From positions 1-64,000 of IMG/VR virus record IMGVR_UViG_3300047160_006886: DNA of 64,000 nucleotides; one strand, written 5' to 3'. This document shows, piece by piece, positions 42,143 through 50,639 of the stretch (its first letter is position 1; each line of letters starts with the position of its first letter). Source of the stretch: a virus. Both the position numbers and the translations under genes were made by a program. The notes under the pieces are model-generated. The model had not been told where the DNA came from and did no database searches. It saw only the letters and a list, made by a program, of their open reading frames with translations.

Positions 42143-42208
42143 CGTCGTCTCCCTCTGCTGCTGCTTGTGCCGGCCAGAGCCGGCTGGATTGTCGGCAATG
42201 GGGTCCAC

Positions 42209-42385
42209 TTACGACTGAGCACGCTTCACCTCCTCCTCGCGAACTATCCTAGTCCCCTCCGGCAGCACGCCTTCGGCCACCAGCCGGTCCAGGAACGGCT
42301 GCAGCACCTTCTCATCCCATATCCTCTGCCACTGCTGCCGACGCTCCTCATCAAGCTTGTGCATCAGAGTCGATAATAGCTCCAT
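42209..42385 (-). CDS. 58-aa hypothetical protein
   Basis: Manual translation MELLSTLMHKLDEERRQQWQRIWDEK... Confidence 0.45.
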   Translation of the reverse strand: MELLSTLMHKLDEERRQQWQRIWDEKVLQPFLDRLVAEGVLPEGTRIVREEEVKRAQS

Positions 42386-42441
42386 TTCTCACTTCTCTTT
42401 GTTCAGCGTCAATAAGTCTCTTTCGTTAGACATGCCAAGAC

Positions 42442-42657
42442 TCACCGGCCGAGCCGTCTCATCGCTTCGCGGAACGCCTGCTGGCCGGAGTAGTCGGCCC
42501 CGCCCTTTGACAGGAACTCAAACTCGGCCTGGGCACGCTCCTCCGGCGTCTGGTCCTTGCCGTAGGTGCCGACGATGATCTTCTTCCGCTCGGTCGAGAT
42601 GCCAAGCCGGTGCCGGAGGTCATCGAGCAGCTCATTGTCGCGTTGTGGTTCGTTCAT
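42442..42657 (-). CDS. Hypothetical protein
   Basis: ATGA coupling. Confidence 0.6.
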   Translation of the reverse strand: MNEPQRDNELLDDLRHRLGISTERKKIIVGTYGKDQTPEERAQAEFEFLSKGGADYSGQQAFREAMRRLGR

Positions 42658-43013
42658 AAAAACTCCCTGCCACGTCGAGGCGGTGATTGCTGTGGCTGGT
42701 TCATGGCGGAGCTACCCCTCTCGCCGCAAGCTATCACGCCGTCCTTGAAACGCTGGCACAGCGTGCCGCTGCTCGTCATGCCGACCTCGTAAGGCGGGTC
42801 CTTCGGCGCATCCAGCCGCTTCTCCTCTTCCTGCTTGCCCTCGAAGGTATCCTTCGGCACTCCCATCCGCTGCTGGATCTCGTAGAGAGTCAATCTTTCG
42901 ACCTCGCGAAGAGCCAACCTGATGACAGCTTCCGCATGGGTCGGCTTATCCTTCTGCAGAAGCTCCAGGGCGATATTCAGTTTGCCGATCAGATAGTCTT
43001 CCATCATCGTCAT
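42654..43013 (-). CDS. Hypothetical protein
   Basis: ATGA coupling; AAGGAGG RBS. Confidence 0.6.
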   Translation of the reverse strand: MTMMEDYLIGKLNIALELLQKDKPTHAEAVIRLALREVERLTLYEIQQRMGVPKDTFEGKQEEEKRLDAPKDPPYEVGMTSSGTLCQRFKDGVIACGERGSSAMNQPQQSPPRRGREFL

Positions 43014-43255
43014 CGCCCACCCCTCCTTTCACGCTCCTTGAGAGTCTCGACGATGTCGTCGGCCTCATCCCACGGTGCCTCGGCCACCGACACTTTGACC
43101 TCGGCCACCGACACTTTGAGCCGCTTACCGCTGGTCAGGGTAACGATGAAGTAATCCGGCTCGATCCGACCTATCCGCCGGATCGAGACGGTGCCGCCGT
43201 CCTTGTGGATCGAGGACAGCAGGAAGCCGGTCACGAACGGCACCATCGGGTCCAT
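43010..43255 (-). CDS. Hypothetical protein with tandem KVSVAE duplication
   Basis: GAGGTG RBS; short tandem DNA duplication near 43078-43119. Confidence 0.55.
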   Translation of the reverse strand: MDPMVPFVTGFLLSSIHKDGGTVSIRRIGRIEPDYFIVTLTSGKRLKVSVAEVKVSVAEAPWDEADDIVETLKERERRGGR

Positions 43256-43419
43256 CGCTCACCTCGCTTTCCGTTGTTGGTTGTGGAGGCCCCGGCCGGA
43301 ACACGGATGTTCCCGCAGAGGCCAAGGAAGGCCTCGGCCGGCGGAGACACGAGAGATCTCGGAACGCCCAGTTGAACCGAGACCGGATATTGAACCCGCC
43401 GACCGGAGGCCATGAGTCG

Positions 43420-43815
43420 TCACCTTATGATCACCTGGAACTGCTGGCCGCAGTGAGGACAAGTCACCATCAGGGGAGCCGCGGTCTCCAGGACCAATAC
43501 CTCCTCCGGCAGCACGAAGTCATCGCCTAGAACCACTCGCGGCGAGACGAAGCCGCGGAGCCAGACCCAGCCGTAGGAAGGATGCCAGTGCCAGCGGCCA
43601 CCGGCCCGCATCGGCGGCATCCGGGAGGAAGGCTCGCGGACGGAGTCCTTGAAACGGACCAAGTCCTTCGAGGACTTCGAGACGATGCGGCCGCTTCCCT
43701 CCCGTTGCTTCTCGACCGTCACCGACTTCATCTGCGACTGCGTTTGCACCCGTGGCTGCTGCAACTGCTGGGGCTGCTGGAAGAGGGCGACTGCCATCAT
43801 GACCGTGAACATCAT
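43420..43815 (-). CDS. Exported Gln-rich protein with C-terminal CPHC motif
   Basis: Short signal peptide; GGGAGG RBS. Confidence 0.6.
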   Translation of the reverse strand: MMFTVMMAVALFQQPQQLQQPRVQTQSQMKSVTVEKQREGSGRIVSKSSKDLVRFKDSVREPSSRMPPMRAGGRWHWHPSYGWVWLRGFVSPRVVLGDDFVLPEEVLVLETAAPLMVTCPHCGQQFQVIIR

Positions 43816-43849
43816 AACCTCCCTTGCCGGTTGTCAGGTTGGAAGATCG

Positions 43850-43911
43850 AAAAAAGGGAGCCAGGACCACTGGAACATCACCATGACGAGGGACAGACAG
43901 GTCCTGGCTCC
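43850..43911 (-). terminator. Rho-independent terminator closing a structured RNA region
   Basis: GGAGCCAGGACC/GGTCCTGGCTCC 12-bp stem followed by CTTTTTT. Confidence 0.65.
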
Positions 43912-44250
43912 TTGGTTTTCCAGATCCCGGCCCCACTCCTATTGCACGAAGAATGGGAACCGGAACCTGTCGGATAAAGCGGGGGCCGCACTTTCCAAAG
44001 CCTCCGCCGGAACGCAATAGCGACGAGCCATTGCATGCTTGAGATTTTTCGTCCCCGTTTCGTCCAACAGCGGCACGGGGAGGGCCGGTTCGCAAGATGG
44101 AAGAAGCCCTGAGCTTTCGCCCGAAGATGAAGAGACCATATTCCACCCGTTGGTCTCGAAAGGTGCCTGCTGCTGTTTCATCGGACCTGGAACTCGCACA
44201 AAGGGAAGTCCGTCCAGAGATCTCCTCTGGCACCATAACGCAGGCACGAG
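43850..44250 (-). ncRNA. Candidate ~400-nt highly structured non-coding RNA
   Basis: No convincing ORF. Consecutive stems GUGCCUGC/GCAGGCAC, CCAGAG/CUCUGG, CGGACUU/AGGUCCG, GGGC-GAAA-GCUC, UCCCCGU/ACGGGGA and a further long GC-rich stem; ends in a terminator. Confidence 0.5.
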
Positions 44251-44254
44251 TCAC

Positions 44255-44578
44255 TCATAAGCCGGCAAATTCTTGAACTGCCAACCCGACCGAGCCATGA
44301 GGTATTCTCACTTGTATCTTGGTTACTGTGCCTCTGTATTTGCGCATTCCCAAATAGGCGGCAAAGCCTGCCGTTTCGTGTTTAAGTCGTTCTTCAAGCA
44401 AGTCGTTCTTGTGCTCCACCCGGCGCAGTTCCGCTTCAAGCTCGCGAACGCGGGAGAGCAAGGCGCGGATATGGTAGGCGCAATCGACGGAGACAAGATC
44501 ATTATTATGGCGATCTTGGGCACCTTGGGCATCTGCGATCATGGCTGCTTCAAGTTGTTCGTCTGGCCAGATAGTCAT
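44255..44578 (-). CDS. Lower-GC hypothetical protein (moron)
   Basis: MTIWPDEQLE...IRALLSRVRELEAE; lies mostly between the 22-bp direct repeats. Confidence 0.55.
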   Translation of the reverse strand: MTIWPDEQLEAAMIADAQGAQDRHNNDLVSVDCAYHIRALLSRVRELEAELRRVEHKNDLLEERLKHETAGFAAYLGMRKYRGTVTKIQVRIPHGSVGLAVQEFAGL

Positions 44579-44719
44579 GTTTGCCTCTGAAAGAGATATT
44601 GCGGGTACAATTGCTCTACCAACAACTTCCATTCATCAGGATTCGGCATTGGCGTTACATTACTATTCCACGGCAGTTCATCGAACATGCTCTTATACCA
44701 TGAGGTATTCTCACTTGTA
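44295..44719. repeat. 22-bp perfect direct repeats flanking a lower-GC insert
   Basis: CCATGAGGTATTCTCACTTGTA at 44295-44316 and 44698-44719. Confidence 0.9.
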
Positions 44720-44920
44720 CTCGCCACACCAACCATCAGCCAGAGTGATCGGCCAGCCGCCAGCCGGCGGCGGGTAGCGACGACAAAGACCGCTTCCGGA
44801 AGGTGCTGCCGAGTGGAGGAAGTAGAAGAGGCAGTTGCCGCACTGCTGACCAGCTGGCGGCTTCTTCGGCTCACTCGTCCTCGGTGACGATGATGCTGTT
44901 GGTTTGCCATGACTATCCAT
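44711..44920 (-). CDS. Small 4-Cys protein with HiPIP-like Cys spacing
   Basis: CGNC.FY...GLCRRYPP...WP.T...WCGEY, a recurring small phage family. Confidence 0.7.
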   Translation of the reverse strand: MDSHGKPTASSSPRTSEPKKPPAGQQCGNCLFYFLHSAAPSGSGLCRRYPPPAGGWPITLADGWCGEYK

Positions 44921-44954
44921 ATCTTAACCCGCCTGCGGAAAAATCTCGAAGCAG

Positions 44955-45077
44955 AAAAAGGGGCCTCGTTTCCCAACACCGGCACGAGGCCATTAGAAGA
45001 GCCGGTCGTTTCCAGGAGAAAGAAGAGGGAACCCATTAACCCAAACGAACCCCTTCCATCTCGCTGCTGTTGGTCTC
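44955..45077 (-). ncRNA. Second copy of a pseudoknot-like RNA motif, ending in a terminator-like hairpin
   Basis: GAGACCAAC...CCGGC...GGCCUCGU-GCCGGUGUUGG-GAA-ACGAGGCC-CCUUUUU; homologous to 44052-44157. Confidence 0.45.
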
Positions 45078-45320
45078 TTAAATCACATCCCGATCCGCTT
45101 TTGCAAGCCGCAGCCGCCGCAGCCGCTCAAAGGTGGTGTCAACGTCCGGATGGCGTATCCTGAACACCAGCTCGTGACCCCGATCAACAAACTCGGCGAT
45201 GCCGGCATCCTCGGCGGCTCTGCGGCAGCCAACACAGGCGAGGGAGGAATAGGCTGTCAGCCACAGTCTAGTCTTTCGAACGTCCTGGCCGTCGCAACTG
45301 CGGCTCCTGACTTCGCACGA

Positions 45321-45740
45321 TCAATGTTGCGTTGGCGTGCCAGGAACGATGATCACTCCCGTCACCGGGCCGGCGACCACATCGACCGGCAGGGTGAAGG
45401 AGAACGGACCCTTCGAGCCGTCATTCCAGGTCGCTGTCACGGTGATGTTGACCGGAGACCCGGGTGTCGAGGTCGGACCGACCGCATGGATCTTGAAGGT
45501 CATGCCGCTAGGAGGATCGACCGCGACGACCGAAGGATCACTAGATGCCGGCGCCGGCGTCAAGGTCGCTACCGCCGAGATGTCCGCTCGATTGCCAGCT
45601 TGATCGACCCCATAGACGGTGCAGGTGTCATCACCATTGTCCTGGAGGATGAAGTCGACCACCGCCGCTCCCGCCGCCAATGGCTTCGGAGCCGCCGCCG
45701 ACCGCATCTTATCACGCCTCACGAGTTTCACGCCCATCAC
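45321..45740 (-). CDS. Ig-like (Big_2-like) small protein
   Basis: SSDPSVVAV...G..NITVTAT...VDVVAG; AAGGAG RBS. Confidence 0.65.
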   Translation of the reverse strand: MMGVKLVRRDKMRSAAAPKPLAAGAAVVDFILQDNGDDTCTVYGVDQAGNRADISAVATLTPAPASSDPSVVAVDPPSGMTFKIHAVGPTSTPGSPVNITVTATWNDGSKGPFSFTLPVDVVAGPVTGVIIVPGTPTQH

Positions 45741-45753
45741 GAAGACTCCTTTG

Positions 45754-46071
45754 CTATGGTTGGGTGGTGTTATTGGATCTCTCGACTCGCTGCAAAGCCT
45801 CCCGCAGGGAAGACTCGACTATCAGCCGCAGGTCGGACCAAGGAACGTTGCCTCGCTTGTTGCCGCGGACCCGGCTGTAGATCGCATCACCGTCCTTCCG
45901 CGACCGCTTCAACATCACTTCGGCCTGCTCCTTGGTGAGGCCGTCGAGAAGTTCTCCGTCCTCCTTCTCGATCAGCTCGCAGAGATGAGCCAGGATCACG
46001 ACGGTCGCGATGCACCTGTTGATCTCCCGACCGAACCGCCGGGTCACAAATTTGTCGGTTGCTTGGATCAT
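45754..46071 (-). CDS. Hypothetical protein
   Basis: ATGA coupling. Confidence 0.55.
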   Translation of the reverse strand: MIQATDKFVTRRFGREINRCIATVVILAHLCELIEKEDGELLDGLTKEQAEVMLKRSRKDGDAIYSRVRGNKRGNVPWSDLRLIVESSLREALQRVERSNNTTQP

Positions 46072-46346
46072 TGCAGTGGGGTCTTCTCTCCTTCCTTCTT
46101 CCCTTCCTCATGGGTCGTCGGCTTGCCGGGCACCACCTCGATACCGGTGACTCCCTTGCTCCGTTCCTTGAGCATGGCGTCAGCGATGAGGTAAGCAGTC
46201 TCAGCCGTCAATCGCGGAGAACCGCCTAACTGCTTCCTGCACACCTCACCCAATCCAGTCAGAGCCGCCGCAGCGAAGTAGTCGCGGAGGGTCAGGTCTC
46301 CGTTTGCCGTCACAAGACCACCGGATTCTCCCCTGTCATCAGGCAT
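46068..46346 (-). CDS. Conserved small phage protein (LRDYFAA...AY.IADAML family)
   Basis: Characteristic motif; GGAGGTG RBS. Confidence 0.75.
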   Translation of the reverse strand: MPDDRGESGGLVTANGDLTLRDYFAAAALTGLGEVCRKQLGGSPRLTAETAYLIADAMLKERSKGVTGIEVVPGKPTTHEEGKKEGEKTPLQ

Positions 46347-46348
46347 CG

Positions 46349-47260
46349 TCACTTCACCTCCACCACGGCGAGGTTGCCCAGGTAGTCGGTCCGGAACTGG
46401 GGCACCACGCAAGCTAGGATTCGCATGTTCTCCGGGCTCTCCTTCGTCGGCCAGTGGACGAGCACCGGGTCGAGACCGACGACGGCACGGATCACGTCGG
46501 GAGTCGTCTGGAGGACGAAGCATGATTCTGAGTGCAGGTTCGTGCTCTCCACCTCATCGGACTTCTCGAACTGCACCAAGGCCGCTTCAGGATCGGAATA
46601 AGGCTTGAATGGCTTGTGCTCGAACGTCCTCGCGACGCCGCGAACGATGATGTAAGGACCATAGTACTCCACGGCATACAATCGTTGTACTGCCTCTTCA
46701 ACCGAACGAGCCACCATCGGCTCGGGCCATCGCTTGCCGGAGGGAGCCAGTCCCGGCTTCGGCTTGTCGCTCATCATCTCCGTCAAGGCACCGATGAACG
46801 TCTTCTCGATCTCGATGCCGAGCTTGTCGGCGGCCACGGTCAGCGGCAGGAGGTCGGCGACGGACTTGATCACACAGTCTTGGAAAATGGTCGGCAACTG
46901 AAGTTGTGTCAAGAAGAATGTGGGTCCTCCGTCCGTGTCCTGCCGGGTCTCGGACTCCAGTTCGTGCTTCATCTCCATCCTCGGCAAGTCAGCTGCTCGG
47001 AACACCAGACCGAGACCGACCAGCTTCGAGGCCAGCGGAGCAGTCCTGCTCAGCTCAGCGTTCACCAGTCGGTCCATCGCCATCCAATCGTCCTTCGAGA
47101 AGCGGACGTCGAGAGAGCCAAAGTAAGGAACCGGAGAAGCCTTCGGCAAGAGCGACATGTGCCATCGCCTGCCGTCGGCCAACCAGGGACGCAGCAGCCG
47201 CCAGCCCTTCGGTCGTCTCATCAACGCTTGGAGTTCTTCGGGCTTGATCATCGCGCTCAC
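46349..47260 (-). CDS. Diverged, shortened paralog of the major capsid protein
   Basis: Colinear motif matches to the MCP: LLRPW/LLRPF, SKDDWMAMD/RKEEWIMLD, YYGPY/FYGPF, QTTPDVIRAVVG/QMTPDVARAVNG and VPQFRTDYLGN/VPQLRADFYGN. Confidence 0.8.
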   Translation of the reverse strand: MSAMIKPEELQALMRRPKGWRLLRPWLADGRRWHMSLLPKASPVPYFGSLDVRFSKDDWMAMDRLVNAELSRTAPLASKLVGLGLVFRAADLPRMEMKHELESETRQDTDGGPTFFLTQLQLPTIFQDCVIKSVADLLPLTVAADKLGIEIEKTFIGALTEMMSDKPKPGLAPSGKRWPEPMVARSVEEAVQRLYAVEYYGPYIIVRGVARTFEHKPFKPYSDPEAALVQFEKSDEVESTNLHSESCFVLQTTPDVIRAVVGLDPVLVHWPTKESPENMRILACVVPQFRTDYLGNLAVVEVK

Positions 47261-47261
47261 C

Positions 47262-48224
47262 TCACTTCGAAACGTTCGAAGTCTCTCCAGCGAACGCGGA
47301 CTTCAGCCCCGTGAACTTGTCCGTGCCTTGCACGTCGCCGAGGTTCTTGTCCTCAAGACCGAACCAGTGACCCTGGTAGCTCTCGACCGACACCGGAGTC
47401 GGCAGAGGCTTGCCAGTAATCTTGGCGAACTGCTCGGCACCGATCAGGTAGACTGCGAGAGCGGAGATGGGCTTGTCCTTCCAGACTTCGATCCCGTGTG
47501 GATCAGGATAGATCTTCTGATGGATCTTGCCGCCCTTGCCGACTCCCATCTCCTTGACGTCTTCGCGGTCGGCACTCAGACCATCGAAGTCGAGGACTGC
47601 TTCTCCTGGATCGCTCATCGGAGCATTGCAAATTGCCCGAGGCGTAGAGAAACCGAATCCCTTCATGAGGCCGGAAGTCTTGATAGCTCCGGTCTCCTCA
47701 TACCCCCACTTCTCCTGTGGCAGATGATGATGCTGCAAGCTCCTGACGTCCTTTGGCTCGAAGACGGCGATGCCGAGGGCACCGGTCTTCGACTCCTTGC
47801 CAATCAGCTGTTCGCCGACGGTCAGACCTTCTCCCTTCTTGTGCTCGGTCGCCACGAACTGGTAGACCGTGCCGTCCTTGTCCTTCCAGCCGTCGAGCCA
47901 GGGCTGAGGCGGAGTCACGAGGTAATTGTCCTTCTCCAGCACCGTGCCGAGCTTCTCGCCGGTCAAGGCGTTGACGCCTCCGGCTCCGATGAGGAGTGCG
48001 ACGGGGGTACTAGTGGCGAAGGACATCCACATCGCTTCCTTGTCGTGGAGTGCCAAGAAGATGCCATCGTCCTCCCAACCGGCGGGGCAGGTCTTCCGGT
48101 ACTCCTTCACGTGATGGATCTCCATCGTACCAAGGCTCGGCGGCAGGTTCGAGACCTTGTCAGCCGCCACTCGCACCGTGCGATGGAACTTGATCTTGAG
48201 AGAGCCGATCACCAAGTCGTTCAT
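47262..48224 (-). CDS. Conserved hypothetical protein (RT.R...LPP.LG...EAMW...QPWLDG...QFVA family)
   Basis: Motif set recalled from an uncharacterised bacterial/fungal family; AGGAG RBS before ATG 48224. Confidence 0.7.
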   Translation of the reverse strand: MNDLVIGSLKIKFHRTVRVAADKVSNLPPSLGTMEIHHVKEYRKTCPAGWEDDGIFLALHDKEAMWMSFATSTPVALLIGAGGVNALTGEKLGTVLEKDNYLVTPPQPWLDGWKDKDGTVYQFVATEHKKGEGLTVGEQLIGKESKTGALGIAVFEPKDVRSLQHHHLPQEKWGYEETGAIKTSGLMKGFGFSTPRAICNAPMSDPGEAVLDFDGLSADREDVKEMGVGKGGKIHQKIYPDPHGIEVWKDKPISALAVYLIGAEQFAKITGKPLPTPVSVESYQGHWFGLEDKNLGDVQGTDKFTGLKSAFAGETSNVSK

Positions 48225-48263
48225 GTTCGATGCTCCTGAGAAAATTGCCAAGGGTTCGCGCGA

Positions 48264-49910
48264 TCACCTCTGAATCGATCCTACCATATCGGAAGAAAAT
48301 CTCGGCTGAGCGTGGGGACCGGCGACCACCTTCCTCGGCTCGTGCAGCATGCCCCAACAAGCAAGGACGAAGGCGTCTGCCTCGTCAGGAGAGCAGCCGA
48401 GGATCTCGGTCAGCGTCTTCTCCCTGGAGTCGGGGTCCTTCTTGTTCTTGGCTGGCAGGTACAGCCTGCCTTCGCCGTCTCTCAACCTGGGAATGCCGGC
48501 GAGCTGACGACTCAGCTCCCAATACGGGTCTCCCCGCCGTCCTCGCGGCAGTCCGAATCCTCGCGGGTTGATGGAAGGGTCGAAGAGCATCGAGGCTTCC
48601 CCGTACATCTCTGCCCTGCGATTGACGTAGACGTAGCGATCCTCCCTCATCTCCAGGCGGGTGGCGAAGGGAACCTTGCTGGTGCCCCGCCTGATGTCAG
48701 CCAAGATACCCTCGCCGAAGGCCACCGTCCGCACCTCGTAGCCTTGAGCCCTGAGGCGATCCGCATGCTGCTTCCCTCCACCACCACGGTCTAAGAGCAC
48801 GTTCTGCCAGTCCTCTCGCTTCTGCGGACTCAACCACCGCTTGGCGAAGGCGATGATGTCGCCGGTCACCTCACTCGTGTCCGGAGTCTTGCGAGACTCG
48901 ACCTCGATCACGCCTAGCTCGTCCACCGCGACCATCGCAGTGTTTGCTGAGCCCTCGCCAGGGTCAACTCCAACTGCTCTAGCCTTTCGATGACTCCGCG
49001 AAGCATTCTGCGGAAGCTCCTCAGCTCTCGTGAGCCAATCTTGGGAGAAGAGCTTGTTCTCTGGGCCTTCGTAGAACTCTGCCTTGTGCGCGACCGAGAT
49101 CCACTCCGGGTCGTCGGCCCTGGTCTCTTGTTCTTCACGGTATCTGCTCCAGCTCTTGACTCCAGGCACCAGGATCTCGTCGGTCGGCTCGACGCCAGCA
49201 GCGATCTGAGATCGGGCGTACCTCACGTTCGGGGAGTCCTCGGCGGTCAGGCGGAGGACGTTCCTGAACAGCTTGCCGTCGACGATCCGGTTGCCCTCCT
49301 TGACGGCCCTCCGCCAGAAGTTGTCGCACGGCCAGGTGTTGCCGATGACCAGGATGCGGTCGGCCCACGGAGCGGCGGTGTCCATGTACTCGTCGTTGAC
49401 CGAACTCGCCTCGTCGACGATGAAGAGCGTCCTCGGGATGCCGTCCGAGCTGGCGATGTGGTGGCCTCCCATCGCGGCCATCGAGTCGGCCGAGGCGACC
49501 ATGCCCTTGCAGTAGCTCTTCGGACAGACGCCGTCGCGAGTCACCTTCCTCAGCTCCTGGTGGTTGATGATCAACGGCCCGCCCAGCTTGAAGTCCAACA
49601 CGAACTTGCACGTGCGGATGAAGTTGTTGATCTCCCCCCAGAGCACGCGGAGGTGGTCCTCCTTGGCCGAGGTGGTGATGATGCGGCAGGGATGCCTCGT
49701 CAGGAAGAAACAGAACGCCTCCCAGCCGGCCACGAAGTCCTTGCCCATCTGTTGGCTCGCCGGCACGAAGGTCTGACGGTTGTCGAGGACCGAGAACAGG
49801 ATGTCCTCCTCCTCGGGATAGAACCAGTAGGGAGAGCCGTCTGGCTGCCGGGAGAAGCCGTCCGGGAAGCACAGCTTGGCGAACTCGACTGGGTCGATCT
49901 GCTGGCTCAT
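48264..49910 (-). CDS. terL: Terminase large subunit
   Basis: Walker A ASQQMGKD, Walker B FIVDEAS, coupling motif IGNT, nuclease VGVDPG...SPDEADA. Confidence 0.9.
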   Translation of the reverse strand: MSQQIDPVEFAKLCFPDGFSRQPDGSPYWFYPEEEDILFSVLDNRQTFVPASQQMGKDFVAGWEAFCFFLTRHPCRIITTSAKEDHLRVLWGEINNFIRTCKFVLDFKLGGPLIINHQELRKVTRDGVCPKSYCKGMVASADSMAAMGGHHIASSDGIPRTLFIVDEASSVNDEYMDTAAPWADRILVIGNTWPCDNFWRRAVKEGNRIVDGKLFRNVLRLTAEDSPNVRYARSQIAAGVEPTDEILVPGVKSWSRYREEQETRADDPEWISVAHKAEFYEGPENKLFSQDWLTRAEELPQNASRSHRKARAVGVDPGEGSANTAMVAVDELGVIEVESRKTPDTSEVTGDIIAFAKRWLSPQKREDWQNVLLDRGGGGKQHADRLRAQGYEVRTVAFGEGILADIRRGTSKVPFATRLEMREDRYVYVNRRAEMYGEASMLFDPSINPRGFGLPRGRRGDPYWELSRQLAGIPRLRDGEGRLYLPAKNKKDPDSREKTLTEILGCSPDEADAFVLACWGMLHEPRKVVAGPHAQPRFSSDMVGSIQR

Positions 49911-50206
49911 TTGACCTCTCCGGTCACCATGTCGACGCCGCTCTCGATCTCCGGTACCAAGCCGACCTCGGGATCGACGAGAGAAGCGGCCTTGAGGCGG
50001 CGACGAGACTCCAAAGTCTTCTCCCGCTCCTCGGCCCTCTGCTCCGGCGTCGCCGCCTCGTGCATCGCCTTGAGCATCGGAATGAACTCGTTCTTGCACC
50101 GCTGGCAGCTCTGAGCGTGCCGGATCAAGGCTGCCAATTCAGACGGAGTCTCCAGAGGGGCATCGGCAGGACGGTTGATAAAAGCTCGCAGTTGATCGCA
50201 GGTCAT
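49907..50206 (-). CDS. zf-HC2 (ZAS anti-sigma-like) zinc-finger protein
   Basis: MTCDQLR...HAQSCQRC; GGAGG RBS; ATGA couplings. Confidence 0.65.
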   Translation of the reverse strand: MTCDQLRAFINRPADAPLETPSELAALIRHAQSCQRCKNEFIPMLKAMHEAATPEQRAEEREKTLESRRRLKAASLVDPEVGLVPEIESGVDMVTGEVK

Positions 50207-50445
50207 GCGACGCCTCCGTTCATCCTCTCCCAGCTCCGCCAACAGTCGGGGCAGAGCGTGCCGAGATCCCGAGGCTGGATCTGCGGACCATATCGCTCCC
50301 TCGCCTCCTTGATGGCCTCGGCCTCCGGCCGATCCGAGACGAAGACCCCGCGACAGATGATGCAACGGTATCTCATATAACCAAGGTTGCCTTGTGGCCT
50401 TCGCTTTCTCCGCTCCCGCTCATACCGCTCTTGCTGTTGTTCCAT
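50203..50445 (-). CDS. Small zinc-finger protein
   Basis: CIIC...CPDC. Confidence 0.6.
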   Translation of the reverse strand: MEQQQERYERERRKRRPQGNLGYMRYRCIICRGVFVSDRPEAEAIKEARERYGPQIQPRDLGTLCPDCWRSWERMNGGVA

Positions 50446-50455
50446 GTTATTCTCG

Positions 50456-50634
50456 CACATCGTAGGACTCCCCTGAATGAAAAGAGTGCCAAGGGAGGTG
50501 AGTCCTGCGACATCGTCGTCGGCGTTACTCATCTCTCCTAGGTAAGACCAATATCATCGCTAAACCTCCATATGCTGAACGCTCCTACGAGAGACCCCCC
50601 ACATCGGGGACTCCACCTGGACGAATGAAAAAGA
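50456..50634 (-). repeat. Imperfect duplicated intergenic motif
   Basis: TCTTTT(T)CATTC..AGG(T)GGAGTCC..CGATGTG at 50456-50485 and 50600-50634. Confidence 0.65.
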
Positions 50635-50639
50635 AGAAC

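Noticed and set aside
43850-44250. RNase P RNA, tmRNA or tRNA
   Set aside because: Only a GGAAAGUGC fragment resembles RNase P. The universal P4 sequences and tRNA-like ends are absent, and no tRNA was seen anywhere in the window.
43520-44254. 244-aa minus-strand ORF (and 43939-44247)
   Set aside because: No RBS, atypical composition, overlaps a better gene, and spans a terminator.
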